A program made the translations under genes and the position numbers. From contig NIVC01001660.1 in the NCBI GenBank assembly GCA_002269645.1, positions 62,001 through 126,000 of the forward strand: a DNA stretch of 64,000 nucleotides, written 5' to 3'. This stretch comes from Macrostomum lignano (Eukaryota). Positions 47,865-59,051 of the stretch are shown here, in pieces (position 1 is the first letter of the stretch; each line of letters starts with the position of its first letter). The notes under the pieces were generated by a model. It was not told where the DNA came from. It did no database searches and saw only the letters and a list, made by a program, of their open reading frames with translations.

Positions 47865-48165
47865 CCGACTCTTGACTTTTAACGACTCAAACTCGTGTCT
47901 AATGCGGTGGAGACACTGGAGTGGCGTCACAACTGCGTCACGAGAGTTTTAGAATCGTAAAACAGTCTTCCAAGAATCGTTGAGTTAGCGCTCAACTTTC
48001 TTCTTCAGACTTTTTAGCGATAGGAGAACGCCACTGAGACACCAGAGATGTGACTCTAATCAGCAAGCGACGGATCTATGCTTCAGTTTCAATTCAGCGA
48101 CCCTAGCACGCCTCAACTACGACTGCAACGACACTGAGGCGACGCAAGTGACTCTGGGATGGTAA
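47865..48165 (-). mobile_element. Dispersed non-coding repeat, copy 2
   Basis: Homologous to 13395-13760 in the opposite orientation. Confidence 0.6.
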
Positions 48166-48269
48166 TTGGTCTGGGTACAGATTCCATTAAGGTGTTCATT
48201 GTTCCAGACACCAGTACGCAGGATACACGTGAAGTCACATTACAGTAATTCAAACCCTGTTTACCCAGC

Positions 48270-49913
48270 TCAAGCGTCTTTATCCCCGCCGTCAATGTAC
48301 AGCGGCACCGCCAATGGGGGAAACGGCAACGTTGGCGGCACCGCCTGATCCTCGACAGTCGGCACTCCGGCCGCGGAATCGTCGCCAACGCCAACAACGT
48401 CGTCAATGGTTGGCAAAAGCGACATCGGCAATTCGTCGGCGTCGTCAGCTTCGAAACCGAACGAGGCTGGCGCGGTTGACACGACAGAGGCGGTCGCCGC
48501 CACCGTTGCAGCAGCAGTTGACTGCAAATTGGAAGACTGCGATGCGGCGCTGACGGCGGCAGCCGAGGCGAACACCGCTTCAACGGAGAGTCCGCTGGCC
48601 TCCAGTCCGCGCACGCTCTCAAAAATGTCGTCCATGGAGTTCTGGCGCTGAAGGCCTCCGCCTCCGACAGTGCCGCCAGCCGGCTGGCGCTGATGATCGA
48701 TCAAAGCGGCGGCGAGGTTCAAGCCGCCGAGCGGCGACACGGCGATGGCATCCAGGGCCGCTGCCGCCGTGGAGCTGACCAGCGCCTCCTGCAGCGGTCG
48801 CGGCGGACGGCCCTTGGCCGAAGTTCCGGCCAACTCCGACACATCATATCCAGACGAGGCCCCATCGTCGTCATTGTCGCTGGCGCCGCTACCATCTTTC
48901 AAGTCGGAGTCCCGATCTCCTTCTACGTCGTCGCTGCCTTCTGACGAGGCCGACGATTCGTACATGGCTTTGCAGCGGCCGCGGGGTCGCTTCAACACTC
49001 GCCAGTGCTTGTTGCTGCGGCTATCATCCTCGTCATTTGATCTTTGCCGGCTCCGTTTTGTACTTTTCTGCTTTTTTCGCTTTCGCCGTTCCGGCAGATC
49101 CGACAGTCCGGAAGTGGCCGATGCGGACGCCGTGGCGGCGGCGGCGGCGAAGGCTGCCAGGCTGGACAGCGGCGGCGGGCGGCGGGCGGAGCCGCGGACA
49201 GCCGCAGGTGATTCTTCATTGTCCTCCTCCCCGTCGCATTCGAATATCCGCTTGCCCCTATGCCTGCCGACTGCGCCAGCTGCCGAAGCGCCATTGCTAA
49301 CTGCAGAGTCCAGCTTCTCCGATGCTCCATCTGAATTTTCATCTTCGTCGTCCTCTTCGCCTTCGAAGATTCGTTTGCCCCGAGACGCTCGGCCGCGTCG
49401 GGCCGGCCAGGCTGCACAGTTGGCGCCGTTGATGCTGCACTGTGCCTCTTCTGCTTCTTCATCATCATCATCATCCTCTTCTTCATCATCATCTTGGTCC
49501 TCGTCTTCCTCGCTGTCTGGCTCGGCGCTCCGCTTCAGGTAGGAATAGTACAGCTTCTTGTGCGCCACCGAGCGGTAGCCTTCGCCGAGGTCGCCGCTGC
49601 CGAACCGTCTGGACAGGAGGTCGCCAGCCGCGGCCGCCACCTCCTCGTCGGCTACGTCGCCGTCCGGTATCGCCGCGTCAGTCGGCGAAGCTTCACCCTC
49701 ATTGTCGTCGTCATTGCCAGCCTCGTCTGGGTCGTCGTCGAGATCCTCCGAGTTGATGCTGGACGGCGTGTCCTCGAAGATTCGCTTCTGCCGTATCGCC
49801 GGGTCGCGTCTCGCCTGATCGACTGGCGCCGTTGGCGGCGGCAGATCCGGCGGCGGCGGCGGCGGCGGCGGTGGCGGCGAGTTGTCGTCGCCTTCGCCGT
49901 CAGCTGCCGACAT
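48270..49913 (-). CDS. Uncharacterised acidic/basic disordered protein, 547 aa
   Basis: Long GC-rich ORF with poly-Pro, Asp/Glu tracts, a basic NLS-like stretch (RRKRKKQKSTKRSRQR) and three KRIFE motifs. No recognisable folded domain. Acceptor-like ccttccag at 49967. Confidence 0.65.
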   Translation of the reverse strand: MSAADGEGDDNSPPPPPPPPPPDLPPPTAPVDQARRDPAIRQKRIFEDTPSSINSEDLDDDPDEAGNDDDNEGEASPTDAAIPDGDVADEEVAAAAGDLLSRRFGSGDLGEGYRSVAHKKLYYSYLKRSAEPDSEEDEDQDDDEEEDDDDDEEAEEAQCSINGANCAAWPARRGRASRGKRIFEGEEDDEDENSDGASEKLDSAVSNGASAAGAVGRHRGKRIFECDGEEDNEESPAAVRGSARRPPPLSSLAAFAAAAATASASATSGLSDLPERRKRKKQKSTKRSRQRSNDEDDSRSNKHWRVLKRPRGRCKAMYESSASSEGSDDVEGDRDSDLKDGSGASDNDDDGASSGYDVSELAGTSAKGRPPRPLQEALVSSTAAAALDAIAVSPLGGLNLAAALIDHQRQPAGGTVGGGGLQRQNSMDDIFESVRGLEASGLSVEAVFASAAAVSAASQSSNLQSTAAATVAATASVVSTAPASFGFEADDADELPMSLLPTIDDVVGVGDDSAAGVPTVEDQAVPPTLPFPPLAVPLYIDGGDKDA

Positions 49914-50660
49914 CTCGTCTCTCAGGGATTGACGGGCGCTTCAGTGACAGTCGGCTCTGAGCAGCTCTGGAAGGTTGGAATAGGATTTTGTAGAGGAGAA
50001 TCGTTCCATAGATTGGATTTCTTCAATGTCTTTGCTATTCATCCTTTTCTGGAATAAAGGAAAACTTTTTAATGCCTTTGCGGCATAATGTCCAACAAGA
50101 CTGATATGCCATTTCTGATCTCGACAAGTCATGTCTATTAACTAATATTTATATATGCTCAGCTGTCAAGGCTTATGGGGTGAATTACTGAGAGGTCAAT
50201 GCTTGGGAGGAATTACTGAGAGTTATTACTTACAGGGGACTGCTGAGATGTCAAGGCTGTGAGGTCAGAAGCTACATGTAGTTTAGGCAAAAAATTATTC
50301 CATTCTTTTTCGGCTCCCTAAATCTTTGTCCCTGATCAATTTTACTCAAATAAGGTGATTTTTAACCAAATATGGAATGCTTTCAAGAAAATGTGCTTTC
50401 ATTTTAAAGGATTCAAAATAAATAAAACTAGTTTATATTTTTTTTGGCCTTTTTTCTGAATAATATTAATAAAATCAATAACATCAATCCCAGCTTAGTT
50501 TCTGTGCCAACATTAGGCTACCAAATCATTAGCACATTGTACTTTTAAAAGCTTTAAAAAATTGAATTATTATGCAAATTTACTAGGATGAAAGTAAAAC
50601 AAAAAATAAAAATAAATTGAAAACATTGACATTTCATACATGGGAAACCTTAGTGGCTTG

Positions 50661-50790
50661 GGATTCACCTGGCCATTTCTATTGGCAACACATATGTAAG
50701 TTGCTATTGGCTAAGAGTAGTCATGTGACTACTATTTTGTCCAATAGCAACTTACATATGTGTTGCTAATAGAAATGGCCAGGTGAATCC
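50661..50790. repeat. 130-bp near-perfect palindrome
   Basis: 50-bp arms (ggattcacctggccatttctattggcaacacatatgtaagttgctattgg) with one mismatch, around a core with its own agtagtca/tgactact stem. Confidence 0.9.
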
Positions 50791-51829
50791 TACCATGATC
50801 TTCAAAAAACTTGTAAAAATTGATGCTTGATTTTTTGCTCTATACACGTCTGACACTAGGTTTTGTGTTATACTTGTATATAGGTGCCATAGCATCCTGA
50901 CTTTTATTTTAGCATCTTGGATTTGGACCTCCAATGCCAAATTGACATCCTTATTTTTCTAATATTAACTTACCAAACCTATAACAAATTAAATTTTCAA
51001 GGTCTAGAAACTTATTAATATTAAATTAGAAAGAAAACCCCTATTGGCCTATTAACAACTTGACTGTCAAAAGTTATAACTTTTTTATTGATACTACCTG
51101 AAATTCTGGTTTTCAGTTTGGTATTAGGGTTGAAGACCCAGGATACCAAATTATACTACAATTCTAACAAAAACCCAGCCAAAATAGATGACTATCACTA
51201 TCATTGCAATAACAAGTTCACAATGGTTAGAATAAAAAAATTTTCTATAAGCAACACATGTAACGGGGGCTAAATGGCAGCATGCCAGAGTGGCTGAGGG
51301 ATAGCATGTTATATCAGAGGTGTAGTGCACTAGAGAGGTAGCGCACACTTAAATCCCTTATTGCAGCCAAGGTCTGAACTGCACCAGACATCCCCTTTTC
51401 CTGTACCAAACTAGGCTAGTATGCTAGACTATGCTTATATTGCTGGGAGCCAATTTGTGCCAGATCTGGATGTTTTCCACAATAATGGCAATTGGCTATA
51501 ATAGGGACTTAAAAGATGGCATACAGAAGTGAAAGTATGTTAAAAGGTAACACACTAGATATCTATCTTAATGAAAATGCAACAATAAAATAAATAATTA
51601 AATAAAAATAAAAAATATTTTTTAGAAAATGCTACAATTGTAACATACTTATTGGTAGAGTTCTGGTATAGCTATGGATATGGCTATGGAAATTTACAGA
51701 TACAAAGGTTTTTTGGCAAAATATATAGATAGATATAGTTATAGGAACATATTCTTCCTATATCTAGTTCTTATATCTAGTAATACAACTCAATTGAGAA
51801 TTGAAAGACCATTGGAGCTATTGATTTGA

Positions 51830-52330
51830 TAGGGTTAGGGTAGTAGAAATAAATGAATGTTGCCAGTTTCAAAGTGAGGGAAACTTGTCAGTCCCTAAAA
51901 TTTAGGACTCAAGTATCAACATAGATTGTCAATGCCATGTCCATGTTATGGACCTTGTGTGGTAGGGGCTAAATTTAAAATGAATGTTTTCAATTTCCAA
52001 GGGAAGCTCTTTAGTCACTACATAGATTTGGAGACTTAGCAACAAAGAGTTTTGATACCACTGGCATGTTGTGGTTAGGTAATAGGGGCTAATATTAAGA
52101 TGAATATTTTCACTTTCAATGCAAAAAGAGCTCTTAAGTACCTAAGGTTGGGGACTTAAACAATAGAGTTTTGATCAAGGGGAGCTTTAAGGTCTTTAGG
52201 ATCAGGGACTAGGATGAGGTTAAGATATTTAGGGCTAAATTTAGGATAAACACTTTCATTTTCAATGTGAGAGGAGCTCTTAAGTCCTTAAAAATGGGGA
52301 CTCAAGCAACAAAGACAAAAATTTTGACAC
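51830..52330. repeat. Old degenerate ~125-bp tandem repeat (about 4 units)
   Basis: Recurring tagggctaaattt...atgaat.ttttca.tttc...gagctcttaagt...ggact.a.caa blocks near 51835, 51963, 52083 and 52230. Confidence 0.55.
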
Positions 52331-52616
52331 TACATTTACATTCAGCCAATTGAGATTGGAATATGGATAATAGTTAAAGTTAAGATTGTAGAATGACCTG
52401 TATAACTTTTGCTGACACATTTTTAGACATATCTTCCAACAGGTTTACAACACTTAAAATGTTGCAAAAAGTATCAGAAAAGTATCATAACAGTTTAACT
52501 TTTGCCAACACATTTTTAGACATATCTTTCAACACTTTTTTATGACACATAAAATGTCGCAGTGTTGGAAAGTGTTGTAACTATTAGTGGGTAGTGTTAA
52601 GGTTATACATCAATCT

Positions 52617-55600
52617 CACGGTGCTTCCCACGTGGCAAAATGACTTAAAAAATTGCCCAAGAAAACGGTTACTAATGTTGCAGACTAGGGTGCCTCAGCT
52701 GTCTAAAACATATTTTAAAAGAATCATAAGTGCTTGTCTTGTCATGATAAAGCCAATTAAACACTTATACTATTTCAAGTGTCTTTAATACATTGTAAAG
52801 TGTAGAACTTCAAGTTTAATCATTTATGAGACAAGTACAATCAATAATTTTAAAGTGAGGGAGTGGTTGAACTCAAGTCACTGCCTCAAATCACGCAATA
52901 TGCCCCTAATTGTATGAAGAGCTTATATTGGAAAAGTGTCAGAGGGGTAGGGTGAACAGGAGTACATTCGTGCAATGTTCACCTCTCCAGGTGCAACTGC
53001 GTCTATCCTAGTAGTGGTTCTAAATGAGTGCTCTTGCATAGTGCTTTAGCCCTAATCAATAAATTTTACTTTCAGTTTATTGATTTTCATTTTTAGTATA
53101 TTGGATTGGCTTTAAAATGAGTTGATAAGGTGAGTTAGAGAAGCATTGGGTTAAATATTGTTAGTGTGACAAAGGTCAAGAAAATCAGCTCATACTCCTG
53201 AATTCTAGCTAAACTCTACGACCTATCTTCTAGAAAAGATAGTTGATTAAGCAATTCCCAACAGCTTGAAGTCCCATGACCAGTGCCAGCAGAGTGTATG
53301 TCTACTTTGTCTGCGAAAGGCTGAGCGCCGCCTGAATGACATCACAACTGTTGAGCAGTATGTCCTTCCGAATTATTCGTCTGTGCAGCATCTTCTGCCT
53401 GTTGGAGTCTGCGAGGGCTGCCGTCGAATTATTTCTTCGCTTGGAGGCCCAGCACCTTGGCCTTTGCCGCCCAGACTCAACTACGAGCAAATGCTAGCAG
53501 ATCTTAGCAGCATTCCTGTGAGTCGAAGATCGCAACCAAACTGCCCATGCGAGATCTGCAAGATTGCCCGCAGCAACCTGCGCAAAAATGCAGATCCACA
53601 CAGCACCTATGCAACTGGTACACTTAACTGCGCCAGAGGCCGTCCTTCAACTAGTGCAGATGCAGCCCAGGCTCCTTTGCGGCTCTGCTCTGGCTGCCAC
53701 TCGCCCATCGGCAAGGGCAAGCCGCATTGCTGCAACAAAGCAACCCAGCTAGCAAATCTGAGCAGCTTGATCAGCCCTGGAACAGCAGAGCAAGTCGCTA
53801 GCACTACAGTTGCTGCCAAGCTGCAGGCCACCGGGGCAAGCACCGTTGCACTGAAAAGAGCGCAAGGAGGCAAACCTCTAGCTGTCACTGTGGCCAACAC
53901 AGCCTGCAGCACACGACAGCTGGCTCCAACAACAGCTAACACGATGCTTCAGCTGAAAGTTGCATTAAATCTCAGCAACCGGCAAACTCTGCAAGCGGCC
54001 AGCATTTTGCGAAAAGGAGCCGGCTCAGGGAAGGCTGTGCAGTCGAACTTGGGTGCAAGCCTCACTGCCAGAAGCCGGCATCTGAAAGACTTTTTTGTGA
54101 GCAAGCTGCTTGAAGTCGACAGCAAAGTGGCTACCGCAAAAAACGCCGTGAGCTGCAGTGATGTGCAAGGCCTGATTGAGAAGGTCGCTTCTGAGAGGGG
54201 CTACACGGATGTCGACGTAAAGCTTGGTCTTGACGGAGGCGGTGGATTTTTTAAAATTTGTGCCAGCCTGCTGCATCGAGGTGATAGCCAAGAAAGTCAG
54301 ACGACAAAGGACCAGCTGTTTGCCAATTCTGGAGTAAAAAAGCTGTTGCTGCTAGCAGCTGTGCCGGACATGAGCGAGTGCTACAATAGCATCAAAGTTC
54401 TCTTTCAGCATTTGAGCCTTGGAGGAGTAACAGTGAATGCAGTAGCAGCTGACATGAAGGTTGCGAACCTCATCTGTGGCCTCCAGTCACATGCATCCAG
54501 GCATCCATGCTGCTATTGGGAGGCTCCTGTGCCACTGAACACCTGTGGCCCGATGAGAACTGTTGGAAGAATACGACAGATGGCCGTGGACTTCGCCAGC
54601 AGCGGCAGAGAGAGAAGCAGTGCAAAGGATTTCTACAACTGCGTTGAGGCCCCTCTGCTTCAGGCAGACAATGAAGCCGAGATTCTGTTCGTTCTGCCTC
54701 CACCAGAGCTGCATCTGATGCTTGGCATCACGAATTGCATCTTCGACGCATTGAACTCGGCGTGGGGCAACGACTGCGCGTATCAGTGGGCCTATGACCG
54801 CAGCATTGTGCGCGTTGGATACCGTGGCGGCAGCATGGAGGGAAACGCCTGCCGCACTCTGCTTCGCAAATCTGCAGAGCTTCATGAGTATCTGCCGCAG
54901 AACCTGAAGCCCTACGGTTCTTGTTTGATGCGTTTAGATTTCGTCGTCAGTAGCTGCTTCGGTTCCCAGCTGCATGCAGATTTCCAGCAGCACATTTTGC
55001 AGTTCAAGACTGCATTTGAGCTGCTTGGTCTGCCAATTTTCCCGAAAGTGCACGTGCTGCTGCACCACGTAGGAACCTTCTGTAGCGCCACTGGTAGCGC
55101 ACTCAGCCTGTTTAGCGAACAATCCTTTGTTAATCCTACATGTATTGAGCGTGCACCGCGATTTCGCTCAAACTTGGCAGAGATTTGCTGTGCCCACGCA
55201 GCACAGCAAATTCCCAGACGCGTTGCTCTCAGCTGTCATTGCATACAACAGCTTTCACATTTGACAATTTACTTGTAGCTTAGTTTCAAATTCCTTTTGT
55301 CTTTACTGTACGAACTTAACTTGTTCTTTGTTGAATTTCATTTAGTATTGCTTATTCTTCTACTATTTCTTAAAAATTTGTGGCCTAAATTTCAGCTTTA
55401 TTTTGTTTAAATTCGCATTAATTTTTTCTTACATTTTTTCTACTTAATGTTAATTTAATATATATTGCTCTTAGTTGGCTCTGCTTAATAGAAAAGGCCG
55501 TTAGAATAAAAATTACTATATCATGACAAGACAAGCACTTACGATTCTTTTAAAATATGTTTTAGACAGCTGAGGCACCCTAGTTTGCAACATTAGTAAC

Positions 55601-55651
55601 CGTTTTCTTGGGCAATTTTTTAAGTCATTTTGCCACGTGGGAAGCACCGTG
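52617..55651 (+). mobile_element. Chapaev-type (CMC/Transib-related) DNA transposon, 3,035 bp, full-length
   Basis: 133-bp TIRs at 52617-52749 and 55519-55651 with 2 mismatches; termini CAC...GTG; identical 4-bp flank ATCT on both sides (52613-52616 and 55652-55655). CAC/GTG ends with a 4-bp TSD are the described Chapaev signature. Confidence 0.88.
53266..55264 (+). pseudogene. Chapaev transposase, frameshifted near the third catalytic residue
   Basis: N-terminal Zn finger H-x7-CxxC...CxxC...CxCxxC; core KLGLDGGG, ADMKVANLICGLQ...HPC, PPELHLMLG, GNACRTLL, PKVHVLLHHV, FSEQSF. The conserved tail SVHRDF...W...LLSAVIAYNSFHI* continues in the +1 frame (55148-55264). The ORF opens on TTG, with no ATG found. 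Confidence 0.85.
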
Positions 55652-57009
55652 ATCTAAATATACTAAATCTCTATCTATATATTGTATATGTACAACTATA
55701 TGACACAATGGGATTGAAAGTTTCATAACAATTAAAGTTGTGATTATCCCTCAATCAGTGAGCCTCCCATCAGTATTTATAAATAGGCCTATTAATATTA
55801 ATATAATTGATTAAACATATTAGTTAATTTTACAATACCTATTAAGTTGCTAATTAATGGTACAGAAAGAAAGAGTAGATATAGTAGAGATTCAATGCTG
55901 TGGCCATGTACATTTTGTACATGTGGCCATCTTAGTCTTATACCCAGTGTGCAGCCACCCCATTTCCGCTGTGTACATTTTAATGTCAGTTTAACATTAG
56001 TAAAACCGATTGAACCAAAGTTAGGGGGCTTATATACATTGCTTGGTATGCATCTATAGACTTTGAGAATTCATTCCAGTAATGGCAGCAAAATTTATTA
56101 GGTCTAGGCCCTATTGAAAGTAAATATAGCCTTATAGGCTCTCTCATGAATAATATAGCTAATGATATTGAAAATATTATCATAGCCATACATAGGCTTA
56201 ATTTTCTCTCTAGGTAGCAGTTTGGTCTAATTTTTGAATTGAAGGTTTTATTGTTGTACTAGATATATAATAGTTCATAGGCCTAGGCCTAGTGCTTTTC
56301 AGCTGCCAGTTAGTAGAATCCACACTTCATTTTGCAATTTACCATTCCGCTGGAGATTCCACATTTTTTGTGCTATTCTATTCTGATTCTAATGCTGTTT
56401 CTGCATTTCACTGGGCTGGGCCTAGGTGCCACTTAATTTTAGCTTAGGCTAATAGTCTAATACTATACTTATACTCACAAAAATATATTGTTATTCAATT
56501 TATTTTGTACATGTAGGAATTTAGTCATGTACATGTATAATTGTTGGCTTTGTCCCCCTACCATAAAATCCATGGCGACGCGCCTGGGAGTAAGACTCTT
56601 AATATTAGACTAGATATTGAAAACAATATAAGTTGAATTTTAAATTAATTAGGCCCAATAGATATTGCAACAGAAAGACACAGTGAAGTAGACAAGACAA
56701 TCACGACACCGACTGCATACACCAGACTTGTACACCGTCACCCTGGTCCCTGATACATATTCAACCGCGACTAGTCGCATCACAAATCTGACTGAGCGAT
56801 ACAAGCTAAGCTATAGGATACGAGCAGCTCGGTATATATAGATAGATTTGCCAGGAAAAATAAAGTCAAATTTTTGAATTAATCCAAACAAATGATTACA
56901 AGGTTTACATTTTCGTGCCATTTTCTTACAAAATAAAGTCTTGAGTCTAGAAAATAATTTTACACAAATTTCTTATTTTTAAATTTTTTTTCGAATAATC
57001 GTTTTTTCA

Positions 57010-57460
57010 CTTTTGACTTGGCATTTGACTTTGGCGTTTTTTTTCACTTTTGACTTTGCAATAAGTTTTGACGGTGGTGTTGGTGTTTAAGCTGGTGTTG
57101 ATCATGGAGTGAATCAGCGATGGAAGCCAGTTTCGCTGGCATCTGTCGATCCTGAAAGCAGGTCAAATATGGCGCTGCAGTTCGAGCGGCAGACAGCGAA
57201 TCATGCAGAGTCGCCTTTACCATTTCCGGAACACGGACGGTTTTGTCGCTGCCAAGGTCCGAGCTGTTCAGATTTAAATAAGCTGGCTGAAATGTGTCTT
57301 CTGATGTAATGCCACGCAACTTCTGATGTAATGTCCAGCATTCGAAACGATCGAGGCTTCTGGATTGTTCCTGTAAAATGATGGGACTTTGAGCAGCAAG
57401 GGGTGAATTCCTCGTTCGGGGTAGACTGTTCGACATGTGCCGAGGCAGGTGTGGCTCAAG
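57010..57460 (-). mobile_element. Possible retroelement 3' remnant with (AAAGTC)-like tail
   Basis: GC-richer patch ending on the minus strand in gtcaaaagtg...caaagtcaaatgccaagtcaaaagtg; no clear protein motif. Confidence 0.3.
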
Positions 57461-57904
57461 GACTACTCAAGTAACATATATAGGACGCAACAGTCGAAAT
57501 CTATGGTAAATGTTTTGAAGGCAACTTTTCGCCGAAAAATACACTACAGAAATCGAAATTGGAGGTTTTAATTTTTTCAGCACAAAAATTGTTATTGCTT
57601 TTGATTGGAGGCAGATCCAGTGTTCATCTTTTGATATGTTGTGCCTTTCTTATTTCTCTATTGATATTCATAAAGCTTTTCGTTCAGAAATAGTTTTAAA
57701 TGCAGTTTTCACCGGAAAATACACTACGGAGATAGGAAATTTCACGATTTTCAACACTAAAACAGTGATTGGGTCTCTTACAGTGTCAGAGAAAGTTCTA
57801 ATCGCACTATTTTGTGCCTCATATTCTGCTCTAACGACGCATTAATCGATTTTTCATGTTAAATTGGTAGCTGTCACTTGAAAAAAACGTTTAAAAAATG
57901 ATAA

Positions 57905-58268
57905 GAAAGGCATCGTCACAGCTCCAGGAAAAAATCCGCAGCGAGGAATGTCCATTCTGCCTCTCGGCAAATGTGTCGAGAATGCGAAGCACTTCATCTG
58001 TGACTGCCCCGCCTTTACTCAGATCAGGCGCACCTACCTCGGCCCAAACCCGGACCTCTCCGACGTTTTCAGGCCCGAGAACCTCTGCCAGCTCGTCCGC
58101 TACCTAAGGGCTACCGGTCGAGCGTCCATATCCACCTCCTCTGAACTCTCCAGAGGAGGACCGCGCTGCGGACACCGGCACCGCGGTCACCAGGAGTTAG
58201 CGGAATAGGCGGTGATGTCTCTGGGATGCTCGGAGCCCCCTGCAGCTAAGTCAAGAAAGTCAAAGTGG
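57905..58268 (+). mobile_element. 5'-truncated non-LTR retrotransposon 3' end (CCHC zinc knuckle)
   Basis: CPFC (frame 57898) followed by ENAKHFICDCPAFTQIRRTYLG...LVRYLRATGR (frame 57948), typical of the C-terminus of RT-RNase H LINEs; ends in aagtcaagaaagtcaaagt. Confidence 0.7.
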
Positions 58269-59051
58269 GTGTCGGAGGCTGAGTGAGGGTGCCGGATGCT
58301 GATGTGGGTGCTGGAGGCTGGGTCTGTCTCCTCTATTCCAATAGTGAGTTCCGAATCTGGTCAATTTAAAGTTTCCTGTGCATATTTTTGGAAGGTAATG
58401 GGAATTAATTTTCATTTTTATTCTCAAATTTCACAATCTTAAAAGAAACAGGTACGCTTTTAAATGAAAATGCATGCAACCAGCATACAGTTGGATTTAC
58501 CATTGAAGCAGTTTTTCATGCTTTGAGATTCGTAGGCAAATATTCTAAGAGGAATAATTAAGGGGAAAATAAAACAATAAAAAGATGGCCGGGTAACCAA
58601 GCTGTAAAACAAATGACCAAAGTGGATGCTTGGTTGATTCCATGAGCTGAATAAACTGTAGGTGAAAAATTTCATAAAAGTTCTTTTGCAATGCGTACTG
58701 GTTACTTGAAATAACTGACAATGCAAATGAAGGCCTTCATCATCACCACGGTCCATTGTATATTGTAATACTTTAAGTATCTGCCGTGCATGCATCCTGG
58801 GACTGGCCGGGGGTTGCATACTGATTGACTTGCAATTCATTCTGAAGGTGCTTTCGTGTGTTTACTTCCATGTTCATCAGCTTGTTAACAAAGGTGTGCT
58901 TTGTATAAAATATGTAACAAATAGGTTATTGTGAAATTGCTTTAGGTCTTCAAAAGGCAAGCTGCCCTTCTTCAATCTGTCAATCATAAAGGCCTTCTTG
59001 TCAGTAGATTCGCAATCAGACGCTGCAGACTCTATTCGACCTGAAAGGACA

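Noticed and set aside
48113-50057. Several overlapping antisense and alternative-frame ORFs over the acidic gene, and similarly over C1QBP and TJAP1-like
   Set aside because: Shadow ORFs of GC-rich coding DNA with no motifs.
56679-56710. Perfect CACAGTG heptamer near the Chapaev element
   Set aside because: No nonamer at 12 or 23 spacing and no partner end; expected by chance.
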